64,000 bases of DNA from Lingula anatina (GCA_051362555.1 CM120640.1:44680788-44744787); one strand, 5' to 3'. Shown: positions 11,524-25,214, counted from the first letter of the stretch. Notes: generated by a model not told the origin, from the sequence alone. Made by a program: numbers and translations.

Positions 11524-13496
11524 CAGAATGCATAATAAAAATCTAAAAAATTTGTCTTTGATTTCATGTCCAATACTTGACAGATTTGCAGGACAAACAC
11601 ATCATGCTCAAGAAATAGTTTTGTAGGAAAATTGCTAAAGAATCAAAGTACCATTAAAACACAGCAGGTATTTATGCTTTGTAATAACACACGTTATTAT
11701 TTTTTTAACTGGAATAATTTATATGTAACAGACTGAGACAGATACACTTCTTCATGATGACATAATTTTGCAATATGTCTAAGTATTATCTCAACAGCAT
11801 GCACTGGTGGTTACGTAAATGTTGAATCTAAGTTGAAGTGCAGACGTTTATAAAATCTTTTTCAACACTGAAATTAGTATGAGTTGAAATACAAAAAACG
11901 ATTCTCATCACAAGAATCGGTGAAAGAATGATTATTATTATTATTATTATTGTTACTATTATTATTCTTATTTTAAAATAAAAAGAATGTCTATTCCATA
12001 TTTACATTAAATCATTGGACTGGCAAGGTTTATGTAAAAATACAATACATAATAATGATAAATCATGTGTGAATGTGGATTAACAGAAATAAAATACTTA
12101 TTTCCAACCAGCACAAAATTAAGAAGACCTGCAGATTTCTTGTAGTACGCGCAGGTCCTCCCTGTATCTGGATATGTTCAACAAGAAACAGTTTATGGAC
12201 TTAAATCAAAGACACATAAACATTGTGTAAAATCTTACACTTTGTCTCTTTAATCTCCGATATGTTCAATTAAATTTCATCACGGAAGAATTGTATTGAA
12301 GGGAGCACATGCTGAAAAATTCTCCAAGTAACATAATTTAAGTAGGTGTAGTAATCGTGATTGGTATTTAACATTTCTCCTTTATGTCCATTACATCCTT
12401 TATAAATAATGACATGCATAAAGACCTCAAAAAAGCAATTCTTTGTTGTACTAGTTCATGAAGATTATAAGGAATCCAAATGAGATTACATGAATGCAAT
12501 TCCTTTTATCCATTTCTCATCTTGCAGTGCTTACTGTGACAACACTATTCACATCTACATTCGAATAAACCATTAGGGATCAGTCTTAGTTCTTATAAAG
12601 AGGACACTTTTCACTGCCTGTTGGCAGAGCTATAATTAAATTGGAATATTGTAGTGATTGTTGCAAAAATTAATCAAACAAAAGGTACTTGTTACACCTT
12701 TTTATTTTCATTATTCAGTATAAATGCTTGTTTGTGGATGAGTGCAAAAGAATGTTAAGATTTACCTGTTCTAGCAGGGCAATGCCATTTTTATAGCATA
12801 GCATAAATTATTGACTAAATAAATGTATATTTACTGAAAAAAAAAACTGATAAACTTACTTTACCTAAATCCAATCATATAAAATGTTATATTTGTGCAG
12901 ACTTAACTTGGTTTGCACAACTTGGTTTGCGGTCCATTAAAACACTGTTTGGGTGACTAAATAGTTAAAGATCAAAATGCCATAACCAAAAACAAGATAA
13001 CAAAAGAACCCTTACCCGTTGTTTAAATATGTTAACAATTTACCGTAACCTAGAATTTATTTCAGCTACACATGCTTCAGCTTCTTAAGAGAAGGATGAA
13101 AGCTAAACCAAACTTCCTAACAATTCATCAGCTGTCATAATGTGCACTTGTGTATTAGATGCACATAAATGTCAACCCCATACAATGGAGATATTTTAAA
13201 AAGTTTATAACTGTAGCAACTGTGTTGACTATCAGCAGTTGTTTGCCAATAATATACTAGATATAAAGATCCTCATGATATAAGCTCTAGACTAGAAGTA
13301 GCATTTTTATAATATTTTCTTAATTTACATGACATTATTCTAATATTTAAAATTATTCTTTTTTCAAATAAGTCACTGAACAGATTCGGTTTAAAAAAAT
13401 ACCCTCTAAAATGTCCAAATAAAAAAAGGAAAAGAGAAAAATCAAATAAACGCCTGGACTTCATGTATTTCTTTAATTCAATGGAAGGTTTGTCTA

Positions 13497-16400
13497 TCAT
13501 AATCCCTGATTCATTTGCTCTGAATGTCTGTGCACAGAGTTGATGAAAGCTGCTAGATGGTCTGGGTTGTGATCTGGATACATTCCATGCCCTAGGTTTG
13601 CTATGTATTTCTGGGTGCCAAAATTCTTGAGCATTTCTTTGGTCATCTTGGATATTTCCTCCTGCACAAATGAAAATAAGGTCTTTTAAAAAAGGACAAA
13701 GGGTATCTTTGTAGCACTACCTATTTTATATACGCATACAAGTGAATAAAAATGTTTTCTTAAAGATTAAGATAATCATGCCAAAAATATCAAATGTCAA
13801 TATACATATTTAAAACAAATACACGTGTTATTAGGTAAAAGCCCAGTCTGCTGACTGAACTTTTACTATAAGCTGGTCTCATTTCTGTCTTACCTCAGAG
13901 GCATACAGAGCACAAGGGTCTAGATTTCCTTGCAAAGTGACGTTTGGGGCAAGTCTCCTAAAACAGAAAAAAATCAAATACAGCAATGTGTCAGTAGTCA
14001 TAATTGAAATACTGCCAGTCATATTATATGCCCAATACTTATCTTCATGTTACACAATCATAATGCTTTGAAATTCACATACCTAGCATGTTTTGGTTTT
14101 ACTGTCCAGTCCAAGGCAACCACCTCATAACCACTCTCACCCAATTCTTCCAATGCAAAATGAGCATCTTTGGCAAATATTATCTGCAAAATAGAATTTT
14201 TAAGACAAAAGGGGATACTTTAATTTGAAAAAAAAAAAAGAATACAAAATTCACCAATAATTTAATCAAACACTGGATTTCATATACAAAAATGCTAGCA
14301 AATGTAAAATCCTTATATAATATCAAGTTAGTAGATATTTTGAAACTGTGGAATAACCAATCATATAATATTCACCATAGGAACAGGTTTGGTTCCTCGG
14401 ACTGACAATTCTTCCTTGACTCTCTTTGAGATCTGCTTGATGCAAGGTAGAGCAAACTTGGAGAAGTTTCCTGGTCCAAGACACCCTGCATGTGACTCGA
14501 ACAGCTGTAGGATCTGAAAAAGAGGGACAGGAGTGGGATTTTCTAATGGTCATAGTGTGTTTGGCACACGTATATCATTTTGGAATGACAAAATTAACAG
14601 TAATTTATCTATACCTACAGGTAACATGCTATCTTTGTAAAAATGCCATTATTTAGAACCGTAACTGCATACGATATAAGTAGTCAGGGACTGTGGCATG
14701 CAGTAGGACTCTGTCCATATATGAGCAGGGGATTTAAATTAATAACAAAAATGTTCAATGTTCAAAAATAAAGGAACTACATTAGACATAAGGCAAATAA
14801 TCATTCATAATGGATAGGATTACCAAAATTCACAAAAGCAATAGAAGTTAGAACAATATGGCCTCTGTGCTTCACACGAAGACCAATATGCATTGATTAC
14901 CTGTGCTCCGGCTTGCACTTGCCCCACTAAATATTGCACTATGATATCAGTGAGAAGTTGTAGCAGCTGATGACTTTCCTCAGGATGCACATAAAGCCAT
15001 TTTTTGGCTTTAGAGAATGTGTTGGAGCCTCCTCCTTCTATCATATATGCCATAAGTGTCCACTGTGAAGAAAAAAATATTAGTTTACATAAAACCAGTA
15101 TTTTAATAAATCAAACTATACAAATATTGACCCTACGCTACCCTCTCTCGGCCCCTACCCCCTTCACCCATCAAAATTTAAGTTCTATTAAATTTCTATC
15201 AAGCATTATAGAACTACATGTATATACCTGTAGCTAATCTGATTTCATGTTCACGTCATTTTAAAGAACATTTCAGATACAAAAAAACTTACAGGAGCAC
15301 CACTAAATCCTATAAGAGGAACTTTTCCCTCCAACTTGTGTCTGGTCAGTGTGATAGCTTCAAAGACATAGTTAAGTGTTTCATACACATTTACATCTTT
15401 TTTTAGATTTTTCATATCGTCAGGAGTCTTCAGAGGGTCATCAAATGTTGGTCCCTGCAGAAATATAAACAAGGAAACCATCAAAATTTTAAGCTGAAAA
15501 GAAGTATAAGGAAAACAAAAAATTATGAAATGAAAATAATATAAACCAGCATACTGTTACATCACAGAATGGGGAAAACTTTGAAGATACTGAAGGTCCG
15601 GAAGGACCTGCAATGCAGTACAAGAAATCTGTGGGTCATCCCAGTTCTGCGCTGGTCCAAAGTAAATATTTTGATTTAAAATTATGTATGGTATTTTCAC
15701 AAAAACAATTCCACTGGCATTTCAGAAGTCATGACCTGTTGGATTGGTAGTTTCCCCATGTCTGCATCATGAAGTTGAAGGTTAAGGACAAAAATAATTG
15801 CCAGTGTATCCCCCCTATTATGTATCATTTATGTATAATAAGCTGGCACATAAATTCAGAACAGTAACAGTAACCAAGAATCCAAATTTATAATGACTTT
15901 CTCTTGTAAAAATACCTTCAATGTGGGACTAATAAATGTTAATCTACTGGCACATATTTAGGGTCACCTGCTTTAACAGTGTAGTTATAAATGACAATCA
16001 TATGGGAAATAATATATAGGTAAGGTGCCATCTAGGCAGGGGCAGTAAAGCATTACAACATGGAGACAAGCTTTCTTTTCAAAATTGCTCAAGCCATGCA
16101 TGATCACAATAGCATGTAAGCACCCTGTGCTTCTGAGTATTGTTGTCGACTATCCAGCAATGTATTCTCAATAAAAAAGCCACTGCTACTTATGTATAAC
16201 TCAGGGTGCATGTGAATTAAAAAGGTTGTTAAATATGAAATAACAACCTATCCATGCCTCCCTGTTGAAGAAAATTATAAAGAGACAAGTGATGTGATCT
16301 ATGCAACACAGGGGCAGATCCAGAGATATTTTCTGACAGTCTTCCAAATTATGTTTGTTAATCCATCCTCCATTTTGACCGTCTTCCGACAGAAAACATT

Positions 16401-18591
16401 AGATACCCGTCAATGTAAACTTGAAAATCTGACCGTCTTCCGGAAGACCCAGAAGATGGCCTAAATCCGCCCCTGCTACAGACGCCAAAGTGTACAAGAT
16501 GTGCCTTTGTTTCCATAAATGGCATCACCCAACACAAAACATATATGTATGCATAAAACTACACTATGCACAAACTTCCTACCTTGCCTGGTACCATCTC
16601 AACCTTCATCCCTACTGCTTGTGGAATAACTAGGATATCAGAAAAGATGATTGCTGCATCTAAATCTAGTCTTCTAATTGGCTGAAATTAAACATGTAGA
16701 ATAGTAAACAACTGAAATCAAATTTTCAGTTACAGTGTATATAATATGTAGCATGAATGAGAATCAATAAAAAATATCATTATGAATTGTTTCATGAAGT
16801 TAAATAAGACACAGAATCATCGTGCAGTTAATGAAAATTTTAGTCTAGAAAAAACTCTAAATGCATCATTTTATTGAAAATATTAATTTCATAATCATCC
16901 TAACACTATGCCATCTATTCTACATTAGCTCACATACCTGTAAAGTTATTTCACAAGCCAACTCTGGTGTTTGGCAGACCTCAAAAAAATCATGTTTGCT
17001 TCTGACTTCATGGAATTCTGAAACAAGAAGATTAAATTTAACAATATTGGTCTTATCACCATGCCATAGGCTCTCTATAAAACAGTTTCATCCACAACAA
17101 ACTAAACTTCATTAGCTAAGGCGTTCTTTTTCAATTCAATGTAAAAATGAATAAACATGCATGAAACATTCAGTACTTCAAACTTGGATAATGAAGATAA
17201 TGCTGCAGTTTGTTCTTTACAACATACCAGTAGAACTGAATCCCAAACTAATTGGTGTCATAACTAGTTTTACCTGGTAAATATCTCCCAGCTTGCCTCA
17301 TTGCCCAGACTGGTACCCGTTCTGTTTTCTCTCCTGCAGCAGCTCGTAATAAGAGATCATTTTTTAGTGGGGGGAATGCCTGCAAAGACATTTTTATGAA
17401 ATATATAGCAAAATATTAACAGTCATGTAGTGCATAGGTGACCCAATGGAGGGCTATTCTCAAGATGACACTGAGCTCAGAAATAACTGTGTGAAACTGA
17501 CTGATGAAAATAGTGTTACATGATACATGTCACTGTTAGGCAGTCAACATTATTATGTACTCACTGGTACATTGTTATTCAAATACGACCCTTGGGAGTG
17601 TTATCAGATAATTATCCAGTACACCTAAATGTGTAAAATGTTAAAATCTCAAGTAAAAGATTTTTTATTTACTTAAACAGGAAATGATCAGTTTAAGGTC
17701 GTATTTAATAGATCCGCACTGTGTTATGTTATCTGCATAGAACACATTCAAGCCTTCAGCATAGGAAATTTGTGGTGGTTGGATCCAGTCTTTTTATTTA
17801 ATTACTTACCAATTATTCATTTTATTTTATTTATTTATTTTTATTTAATTTACTTATTTTATTTATTTATTTAATTACCTCCGCCAAGGGGGTTATGTTT
17901 TCACCCCTGTTTGTCTATTTGTATTCTATTTGTTTGTTTGTCATCAACATAACTCAAAAAGTTATGGACCGATTTTGATTAAATTTTCAGGAACTGTCAG
18001 AAGTGGGCCAAGGAAGAGTGATTAGTTTTTGGTGGTGATCCGGATCAATAATCAATCAATAGTAATCAAAAATCGCTGCCTTGGCAGAGGTCTGTGCTTT
18101 TCTAGTTTATAATTTTTTTTATGAGGGAGTAGGCATTATGTCTCTTTTTTCAGTTAAGTAAATGGAGAATTAAAAAACAAACCTATCAATTTATTACTAT
18201 CCTAGCACATGATATTGTATGAACAGATTCGTTTTCAAATAGACAAGTTATTTTTATTTGTTTCTTTTAATATCATGGTACACTTAGGTAATGCTTTGAA
18301 GGTCCCTTATGAGGTCCTTCGCTTAAAAAACTAATTATGACAGCAGCTAGATGAGCGTTGCAGTGCTTACGAAAAGACAGACACGGCAAACACAGGTGCC
18401 GGTGTCACGTTGCTGTGAAACGGTGACATCGCACAGTTTAAGCACCAGTCCAGGGATGGTACACTACCATTTTAGAGAAAGTAAACAATTTCACGTTTAC
18501 GTTGCTTGCTTTAATTATGAATGACATTATAAAATAGAGATAAAATAAGTGAATTTATATAACTCACCTGTCCGGTGTAGGGGGCTGCCAT
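13497..18591 (-). CDS. UROD: Uroporphyrinogen decarboxylase, 366 aa, 10 exons
   Basis: Exons 18591-18568, 17379-17274, 17017-16938, 16681-16583, 15454-15293, 15062-14901, 14513-14376, 14183-14083, 13957-13894, 13661-13497 (1101 nt, frame intact). Motifs [61 protein letters not shown]. Confidence 0.97.
16309..16475. mobile_element. Small MITE with hAT-like CAGGGGC termini, in a UROD intron
   Basis: Imperfect TIRs CAGGGGCAGATCCAG ... CTAAATCCGCCCCTG and internal TGACCGTCTTCCG repeats. No clean TSD. Confidence 0.55.
17873..18106 (+). mobile_element. Short HINE/Helitron-type non-autonomous element, family C, in UROD intron 1
   Basis: 5' TTACCTCCGCCAAGGGGGTTATGTTTTCACC, then a TGTT/TCTA microsatellite, the inverted copy CCTTGGCAGAGGT and terminal CTAGTT (18102-18107), in a T-rich site. 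Confidence 0.7.
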
Positions 18592-18673
18592 CTTCACGAA
18601 GTTGTGTCTGCTCTGCGGTTTAGTTTCGCATCTGATTACTCCGCCTTTGTGCATTCATTTTTCACGTCATAGC

Positions 18674-18678
<5 letters not shown>

Positions 18679-18747
<69 letters not shown>
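18679..18747. repeat. (TA)n microsatellite about 90 bp upstream of the UROD ATG
   Basis: Uninterrupted AT dinucleotide run. Confidence 0.97.
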
Positions 18748-18748
<1 letters not shown>

Positions 18749-19628
18749 CACGTGTTTTATTTTAAGTGTATCTTATCACATTTTGCATACTGAACAAGCT
18801 TAAGCCCTCACCCTTCTCTCTCTTTCCCTCTCACTCTCCATGAAAAGCGTTTTCCAGAAATTCTCCAGATAAATCATAAAAAAAATGTTTTGACAAGGAC
18901 GTTGGAGGAGCAGTTGGAGGTAGAAAATTTTTAGCTTGAGATATTTGCTAGATGTTTAAATAAAGATAGTAGCTGTGATGTTGTAAAGCTCCCCACGCTC
19001 CTTCTACAACTTGTGATCTAAACTTAAAAGCAGTTGAGGAGGTCGTTTCTCTTCTGTAGGGTCTACTTTTTTTACCCTTTCTGCCTTTCTCGTTGCGTTA
19101 CTTGCCTTTTGCGACCTGAGGCTTCAATTGCTGCCACCAGCGAGTCGACTTATGGTTCCTCGTCCTCCAAGTTGCCAAGTTTTAAATTAGTTGGATTTCA
19201 TTAAGTCCATTAAGAAGCCAATGTACTTTTTCCTTAGACGGCGTTGAATGTTTGTATTTAAAACAGTTTAAAATATAATAGGCCTACTGAAATTAATCTA
19301 TCTTAATAATTCAATAGATTTGATAATAACAGCAGTAAATACTATTTAAATTGTGACTTATTGGCCAAATTCCACTATTCTCTCTCTCTCAAGCAGCCCG
19401 GTCTCAAACTTATTATGACGATGCATACTAGAAAAAGTATTATGGAAAAAAAGTAAGCTCATGACACAGATCACGGGATTCTTATTAAAACGTGCCATAA
19501 ATATGGACAGTCGCCTGTATTGTGGCTGAAATTATCTTAATCAGCGAGTTTATAGGTGTGACAGCTTATTTTGTGTGCTCATTAGTTGAGAAAATACCAG
19601 TGCATTGTTTATCATTTACTACTCATGC

Positions 19629-20413
19629 GGGGCCGTAGCGATAGTCCGAAGGTTCAATAGTCCGAAGGTTCATTGGTCCGAAGGTTCAATGGTCCGAATG
19701 TGCATTGAAGGTTCATTGGTCCGAAGGTTCGATAGTCCGAAGGTTCATTGGTCCGAAGGTTCATTAGTCCGAAGGTTCATTAGTCCGAAGGTTCGATAGT
19801 CCGAATGTAGGCCCGCTGTATAAGTGTATAGTGAATTACATGTACAGGGGCGGATCCAATATTATTTGAAGGGGGGTCCGCGGTTGCAAAGCCCCCACCC
19901 CCCTTAGCGTAGGATCTGGGGCCCGCTAAAGGGCCCCGAAAATTGTTGGTGTCTCAAAATGACCACCTATTTATCTAGAGACACATCTGTGAATATCTGT
20001 AAAAAATCTATCAGTCGCCCTGGTAGAGGTTTTAAAAGTTAGGTCTGCACGGGCAAAAATAACGTCAATACTAGCATATTACATTAGTTACAAAAAAAAA
20101 AAAAAAAACAGATCTTGATGTTTTTCATGGGATTGGAAGTTGACGATATTTAACTGCAAAGGTTTATTTTGTAAAATCAAATGGAAATTTTCTCACGAGT
20201 CACAAGTGTATCTACTTTTTGCAGAGTACGTTTTTCTTCGTTTAAATGAATTTGTTACAAAGACAGCATTTTTGATGTTGTTCATCAGATTAGAAGTTTA
20301 ACTGTTTTAGAATATTTCAACATGTTCAAAATACAAGTGAGAAGGCAGTTTGAACATGTTTTAGAATATTTCAACATGTTCAAACTGCCTTCTCACTTGT
20401 ATTTTACGTTTAA

Positions 20414-20456
<43 letters not shown>

Positions 20457-21539
20457 ATAGGCCCACCGGGTTGATATGGCGTTGCCACATTTCTATTCAG
20501 ATTATAAACGTTTCAGCACCTTCAGTATTGCTGGGGAAGAGGGGGTGGAATTAAATATGTATTACTATTTGTGGATATTTGAGCATATTACTGTATTCTG
20601 ATACGATTTTTATGTTTAAAGGCCTAGTAAGGGAAAAGCTTGTTTTCGTAAATGCTCGTAATTTTTGTTTATATGCCAAGTTTACACTCCAGTTAATTCA
20701 TCCTCATCCCTATGAGTAATACAATACTGCTGGCGGAACGGCTGTTTTTTTTTTTTTTTTTTTTTTTTTTTGGGGGGGGGGTTGGGGGGGAGGGTAGGGG
20801 AGTGGGCTGTGCGAACAACAACATAGTTTGTTTGGAAATGCAATTATTCTATAACTTTTACATAATTTAAGAAATGTGTAGGTTAGAAGAATTTGAATTC
20901 TAATCATAGTATCTTAAGACATCGTAAGAAAATGTCATTATAGGCGTCCTCTCATTTTATGCGTTCCAATCTTTATTCAATATTTCATGTGAAACATGTA
21001 TGGTGTTCATGAGTTGGAAAGGGTAGCCATTGCATATCCCCAAACTTCCCCACATTGTAAAGAGTAGTTCACGGAAACAATACGACCTATATGGATAATT
21101 TTCACGTGCGTTTCGGTCGCACTCAAAACGAAATGATAAAGATTCTAGAAGCTGAGTTCACACGAAAGTTAATCACCCCCTAGCAGCTCCAGGATTGCTA
21201 ATCTGATTGCATACAGTGAGAATCCTGGTGGAGTTGGATCAATCTACGTAGAATGATAGTTTCGTTGGGAACGCACCCTTAGATTCCGTTTGTAATTATA
21301 ATTCTTAAAATCGAAGAACATCTTAAAATGTTTCGGACTATCGAACCTTCGGACTAATGAACCTTCGGACTATCGAACCTTCGGACTAATGAACCTTCGG
21401 ACCAACGGACCTTTAATTTTCGGACTAATGAACCTTCGGACCAATGAACCTTTTTGTTGAAAATCTGATGAAAAATTTACGAATTTTCGGACCAATGAAC
21501 CTTCGGACCAATGAACCTTTGGACTATCGAGACGCCCCC
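19629..21539. mobile_element. Non-autonomous foldback-like DNA transposon, 1.9 kb, with modular TIRs and 8-bp TSD
   Basis: Direct repeat ACTCATGC at 19621-19628 and 21540-21547. Termini GGGGCCGTAGCGATAGTCC and GGACTATCGAGACGCCCCC. Subterminal 16-17-bp tandem units GTCCGAAGGTTC (about 19640-19806), inverted as GAACCTTCGGAC (about 21333-21530). No transposase. Confidence 0.88.
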
Positions 21540-21990
21540 ACTCATGCAAGTAGGCCTATGGATCTGACTTGGGCCCAGTAAACCATGCAAAGGGTGTCTG
21601 GAAAGGACATATTTAAGCCATATAGCTATTCAAAAAGTTACAGGTACAAGAAAACATGCTAGACACTGTGCAGGTTTGATGTTTCTGTAACAATTTTCTT
21701 TACAGCTCCCGTGTATAGGCTACATCTTTGATTCATGAATTTTTCACATTTAGGAAAGGTGAAATTTTCACACATGACATAAAACATGGAGGGAGTCGCA
21801 ACGTTGTCAGGAAGACAAATGAAAAGACCAGCGTTTGATTGATAACCTTTAAACTACCCTTATGCACCTGCCTACGTGACCCATAACCACACCTGTTACG
21901 CAATAGATCTCAGAGGCCTAGCTTGGACCAATGTGTATCAGTGCACTTCGGCCCGAAGGAAGACACCAGGTAGGCCTGCCGGCGAGCAAG

Positions 21991-23566
21991 ATGTCGTTCC
22001 AAGAAGGCGTGACCCGCCTGCTTATTTGGTGTATTTAATTTTGGGTGATTAATGCTTTAAAATATTTGATATCAAACTTTGCCAAATTAACCAGGATCGC
22101 ATTCTTGATGCTGGGGATTTATTAGATGGGCAAGATAACAAATGGATCGAACCGTTCACGTTGCTAGTCAGGTGCTACAGGACTGACAAAACATTGAATA
22201 CGTTTGGAAGACGATGTGGATGCACTGAAATGTAAACTCCAAATAAGAGCCAAGATTCGGGAATGTCTCTTGAACGATGGCAGCATTACCAAGGTGGGTT
22301 ACTTTTTGCTTATAGGTTTAGAAATTGTGTTAAGCATATACAGTATAGTAATAAAAAAACATTACCTTGAAGCTATTGTCGTACTAAATAGCGGTTGACT
22401 GCATTAGAATATGTATCACTTTCCACAATTTGAACATTGAAAGGATACGGTACACCCGACCCGAAAAACCGCATCTGTCCGTTCTGTATCAGAATGATGG
22501 GCATCATTTAATGTGGAACCAAGAAAGAGCTGAACTGTTCTTTTGTATCGAAAGTAACTTTTCTCAATTTATATCATGTACTGATGAGGATAAATGTCAT
22601 CCCATGTCTACTCTCATAAATGACACAATATCAATCAATTTAACTAAATATACCCAAAAACGTTTTAGGAGCACAAGCGCCTATCTCACTCTTTAAATAA
22701 TCATGTGCAGGATATGTATATGATATTGTCGTGAGATATTTAACAAGCTGTTGAACTTTCGAAAATCACCCCAAAACTGTTTTTTATACACGGTTTGCAC
22801 AATGTCACGTGCCAAAATTTAATCATTTTCAAAAAATGAAAACTAAAAATCATTAAAAGTCGCGCACATGCTTGGGACTCCTTCATTCAGTAGAGATGCA
22901 ATAATCACAAGACCCGAAATCATTCATTCATTTCCAGGCATTAAAAACGCTGAATAAATGTGGTGTGTTGGTGTACAGTAGACATTGCATGTATATTGCC
23001 AATTGGCAAATTGTTTAGGTGGTGGTAAATGGATGCCCTTGTCACTGATTCACCAACAGGTGCCGTTATCTAAGCCAGTCTTTGTGCTTGGGGTAATGCG
23101 ATCTGGGACAACCTTTTTACACGGACTTCTTGCTCAAGACCCAGCGTTCCGTCCGCCTCTGCTGTATGAGCTTCTGAACCCTGTGTATCCAGAAACGGGG
23201 ACGGGAACTAAGGACGACCCTCGTATTGCTGATGCTGATGAAGTGGCAGGTAAATATGCACTAAATTAAAATTTTGTTTTGGAGATCCAGTAGCTCTCAG
23301 ACAGTGTGGACACTGCAATAATCGCAAAATATTCCGAGTTTAGTGTCGGAAGAGTCGCCCCCCCCCCCTCAAAACAATACATAAAAAGTAACGGTTGCTG
23401 TATTCTACTACATATACATGTACTTCGTGAACTTTTTTCCAGCATTAATGAAGTGCTTTGTGTACCATGGTAACAATAAATATACATCCATGTGTATGGT
23501 ACTAGTAAAAAGAATTTTATCAGCTGCAACTTTTATTTATTATCTCTGTTGTTTTACGCAGATGCT

Positions 23567-23621
<55 letters not shown>

Positions 23622-25214
23622 TCGAGGTCTATGACAATATTTTTGACACCATTAGAGAATGTAATAATCATCTAGTTAGCAGTTTGGGCCACAGTGGATA
23701 CATTGTAGTTAATGACGTCAAATTGAAGGTTTTAGAATATTTTGTCCAGTGTGAACCCACAGTATATTACCGTTTGCCCTTTTCAGGTTTCTTTCAGGTG
23801 ATAGATCCAGATTTCCCATCAAAACATGAAATTGGAGCAACACTTCTGCACGAGTGTTACCATCTTTTTGCTCCTGTTGGTTTTATCGATAAAGTTGCAA
23901 TACTGTTCTGCTTTAATATTGCGCTGTATGAAAAATGGTGGAAAACGGCACTGACACGTGACTATATATGATTGGGTTTTACCAGGATTACAAGAAAGCA
24001 CTGCAAATGATCACGTCCCGGGATGAAGGTATAAAGATGACATGTTTAAAATTGCTTAGAAAACGCCTTATATGGAGATATTCCATAGGGTTAAGATGCT
24101 GACTGCTCATTGTGCTAACTCCTGTTTCGAAATATTTCTCTTCTCATTGAACATAGCTAGATTTTTATATAACAGTATTTAAGTGTTATAGAAAGAAGTA
24201 CATTGGATAAGATAATTGCCAATCTTGGTACTGTTTGTAGATGTTGGCCACCGGATACTGCTTATGAAAGATCATCTCCACAGCCTGTTCTCGGAGTCTT
24301 TGTTGGAAGTGTTTCCTGACGCCACTTTTATCAACCCCGTGCGGAACCCAGTGGACATTGTATGTTATCAGGTGAACGCTTCAACAGAAAGGATAAAAAG
24401 GATAATTTTTTACATCGTGCATCTCTATACTACTACTGAAGTGGCGGTTACAACTGCTAAAAGAGTAAAATAGTTCTGAAATACCCCCTATATGCATTCG
24501 ACATCACACATGGAAACTTAAGCTAACATTGTCCCCTAAAAATGGTACAATTCAAAATATACAATGGAGAAAATTAAATATTCGGTTACATAAAACGCTA
24601 GACAAATGCTAGACGTTGCTCTGTGAATTTTAATACACAAAACTCACCAATGTAAAAAGTGGGTAAATATAGTAAAATACTTGGTGCGATTAGGATCTCC
24701 TCAGAAATTATATGCAACTTGTGTATTTTAATTTAAATTTAAAAATGGCAAACAAAAGTGAAAAAGCTACGAACACTGCACTAACGCTATAATTGAATTT
24801 TATTTTAGGTAAGCTCGTGGTGCTCAGTTGTTGATTCCCTTCTGCCGATGTACGTCAACCCTGGGGTAATAACAAAATTTGACGAGTGCTGGAGGATATA
24901 GCGTATTTCACCTCAACCTTTTTCTCAAATATAGGAAAAGCTGCGACCAATCCGGCAGACAGGTGCGCGTCATAGACGTGCATCAGGTAGATCTTGTCAA
25001 GGATCCAATAACGAAAGTGAAAGAGATATGTTCGTACCTTGGAATGGAGCTGAGCGCTGAAGTGGCCGATAAGATGACAAAGTATGTCGCTGAGCGCAAA
25101 AGGTCGAGGAAATTACACCGACACCAACACTGCTGTGCGGATTATGGGTTGACGGAGAAAGAAATATTGGATAAGTTTCAAGACTATATTTCTTATTATA
25201 ACATTACAGTGTAG
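21991..25214 (+). pseudogene. Unprocessed pseudogene of a bacterial-type PAPS-dependent sulfotransferase (Sulfotransfer_3/Stf3-like), 5 exons
   Basis: Exons about 21991-22293, 23060-23249, 23788-24028, 24241-24359, 24809-25214, with GT-AG ends. Motifs WIEPFTLLV..LNTFGR, PVFVLGVMRSGTTFLHGLL (5'PSB), HEIGATLLHEC, YQDYKKALQMI, LLEVFPDATFINPVRNP (3'PB), DYGLT..EI..KF.DY. Lesions: stops/frameshift at about 22035-22052, frameshift at about 22210-22236, frameshift at the TATATA run 23963-23969, frameshifts and stop at about 24875-24905. Confidence 0.8.
23573..23618. repeat. (TA)n microsatellite
   Basis: Uninterrupted AT run in pseudogene intron 2. Confidence 0.97.

Noticed and set aside
19605-19806. 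Repeat-rich 64-aa ORF or mini CRISPR
   Set aside because: It is the subterminal array of the TIR element, mirrored at about 21333-21530.
23960-23975. Programmed frameshifting or selenocysteine read-through at the sulfotransferase TGA
   Set aside because: Homology continues in another frame, and several independent lesions exist without slippery-site or SECIS evidence. Decay is the simpler explanation.
24801-24815. TAG|GTAAGC as a recursive splice site
   Set aside because: The GTA AGC TCG TGG sequence encodes the expected V-S-S-W-C-S continuation after RNPVDI.
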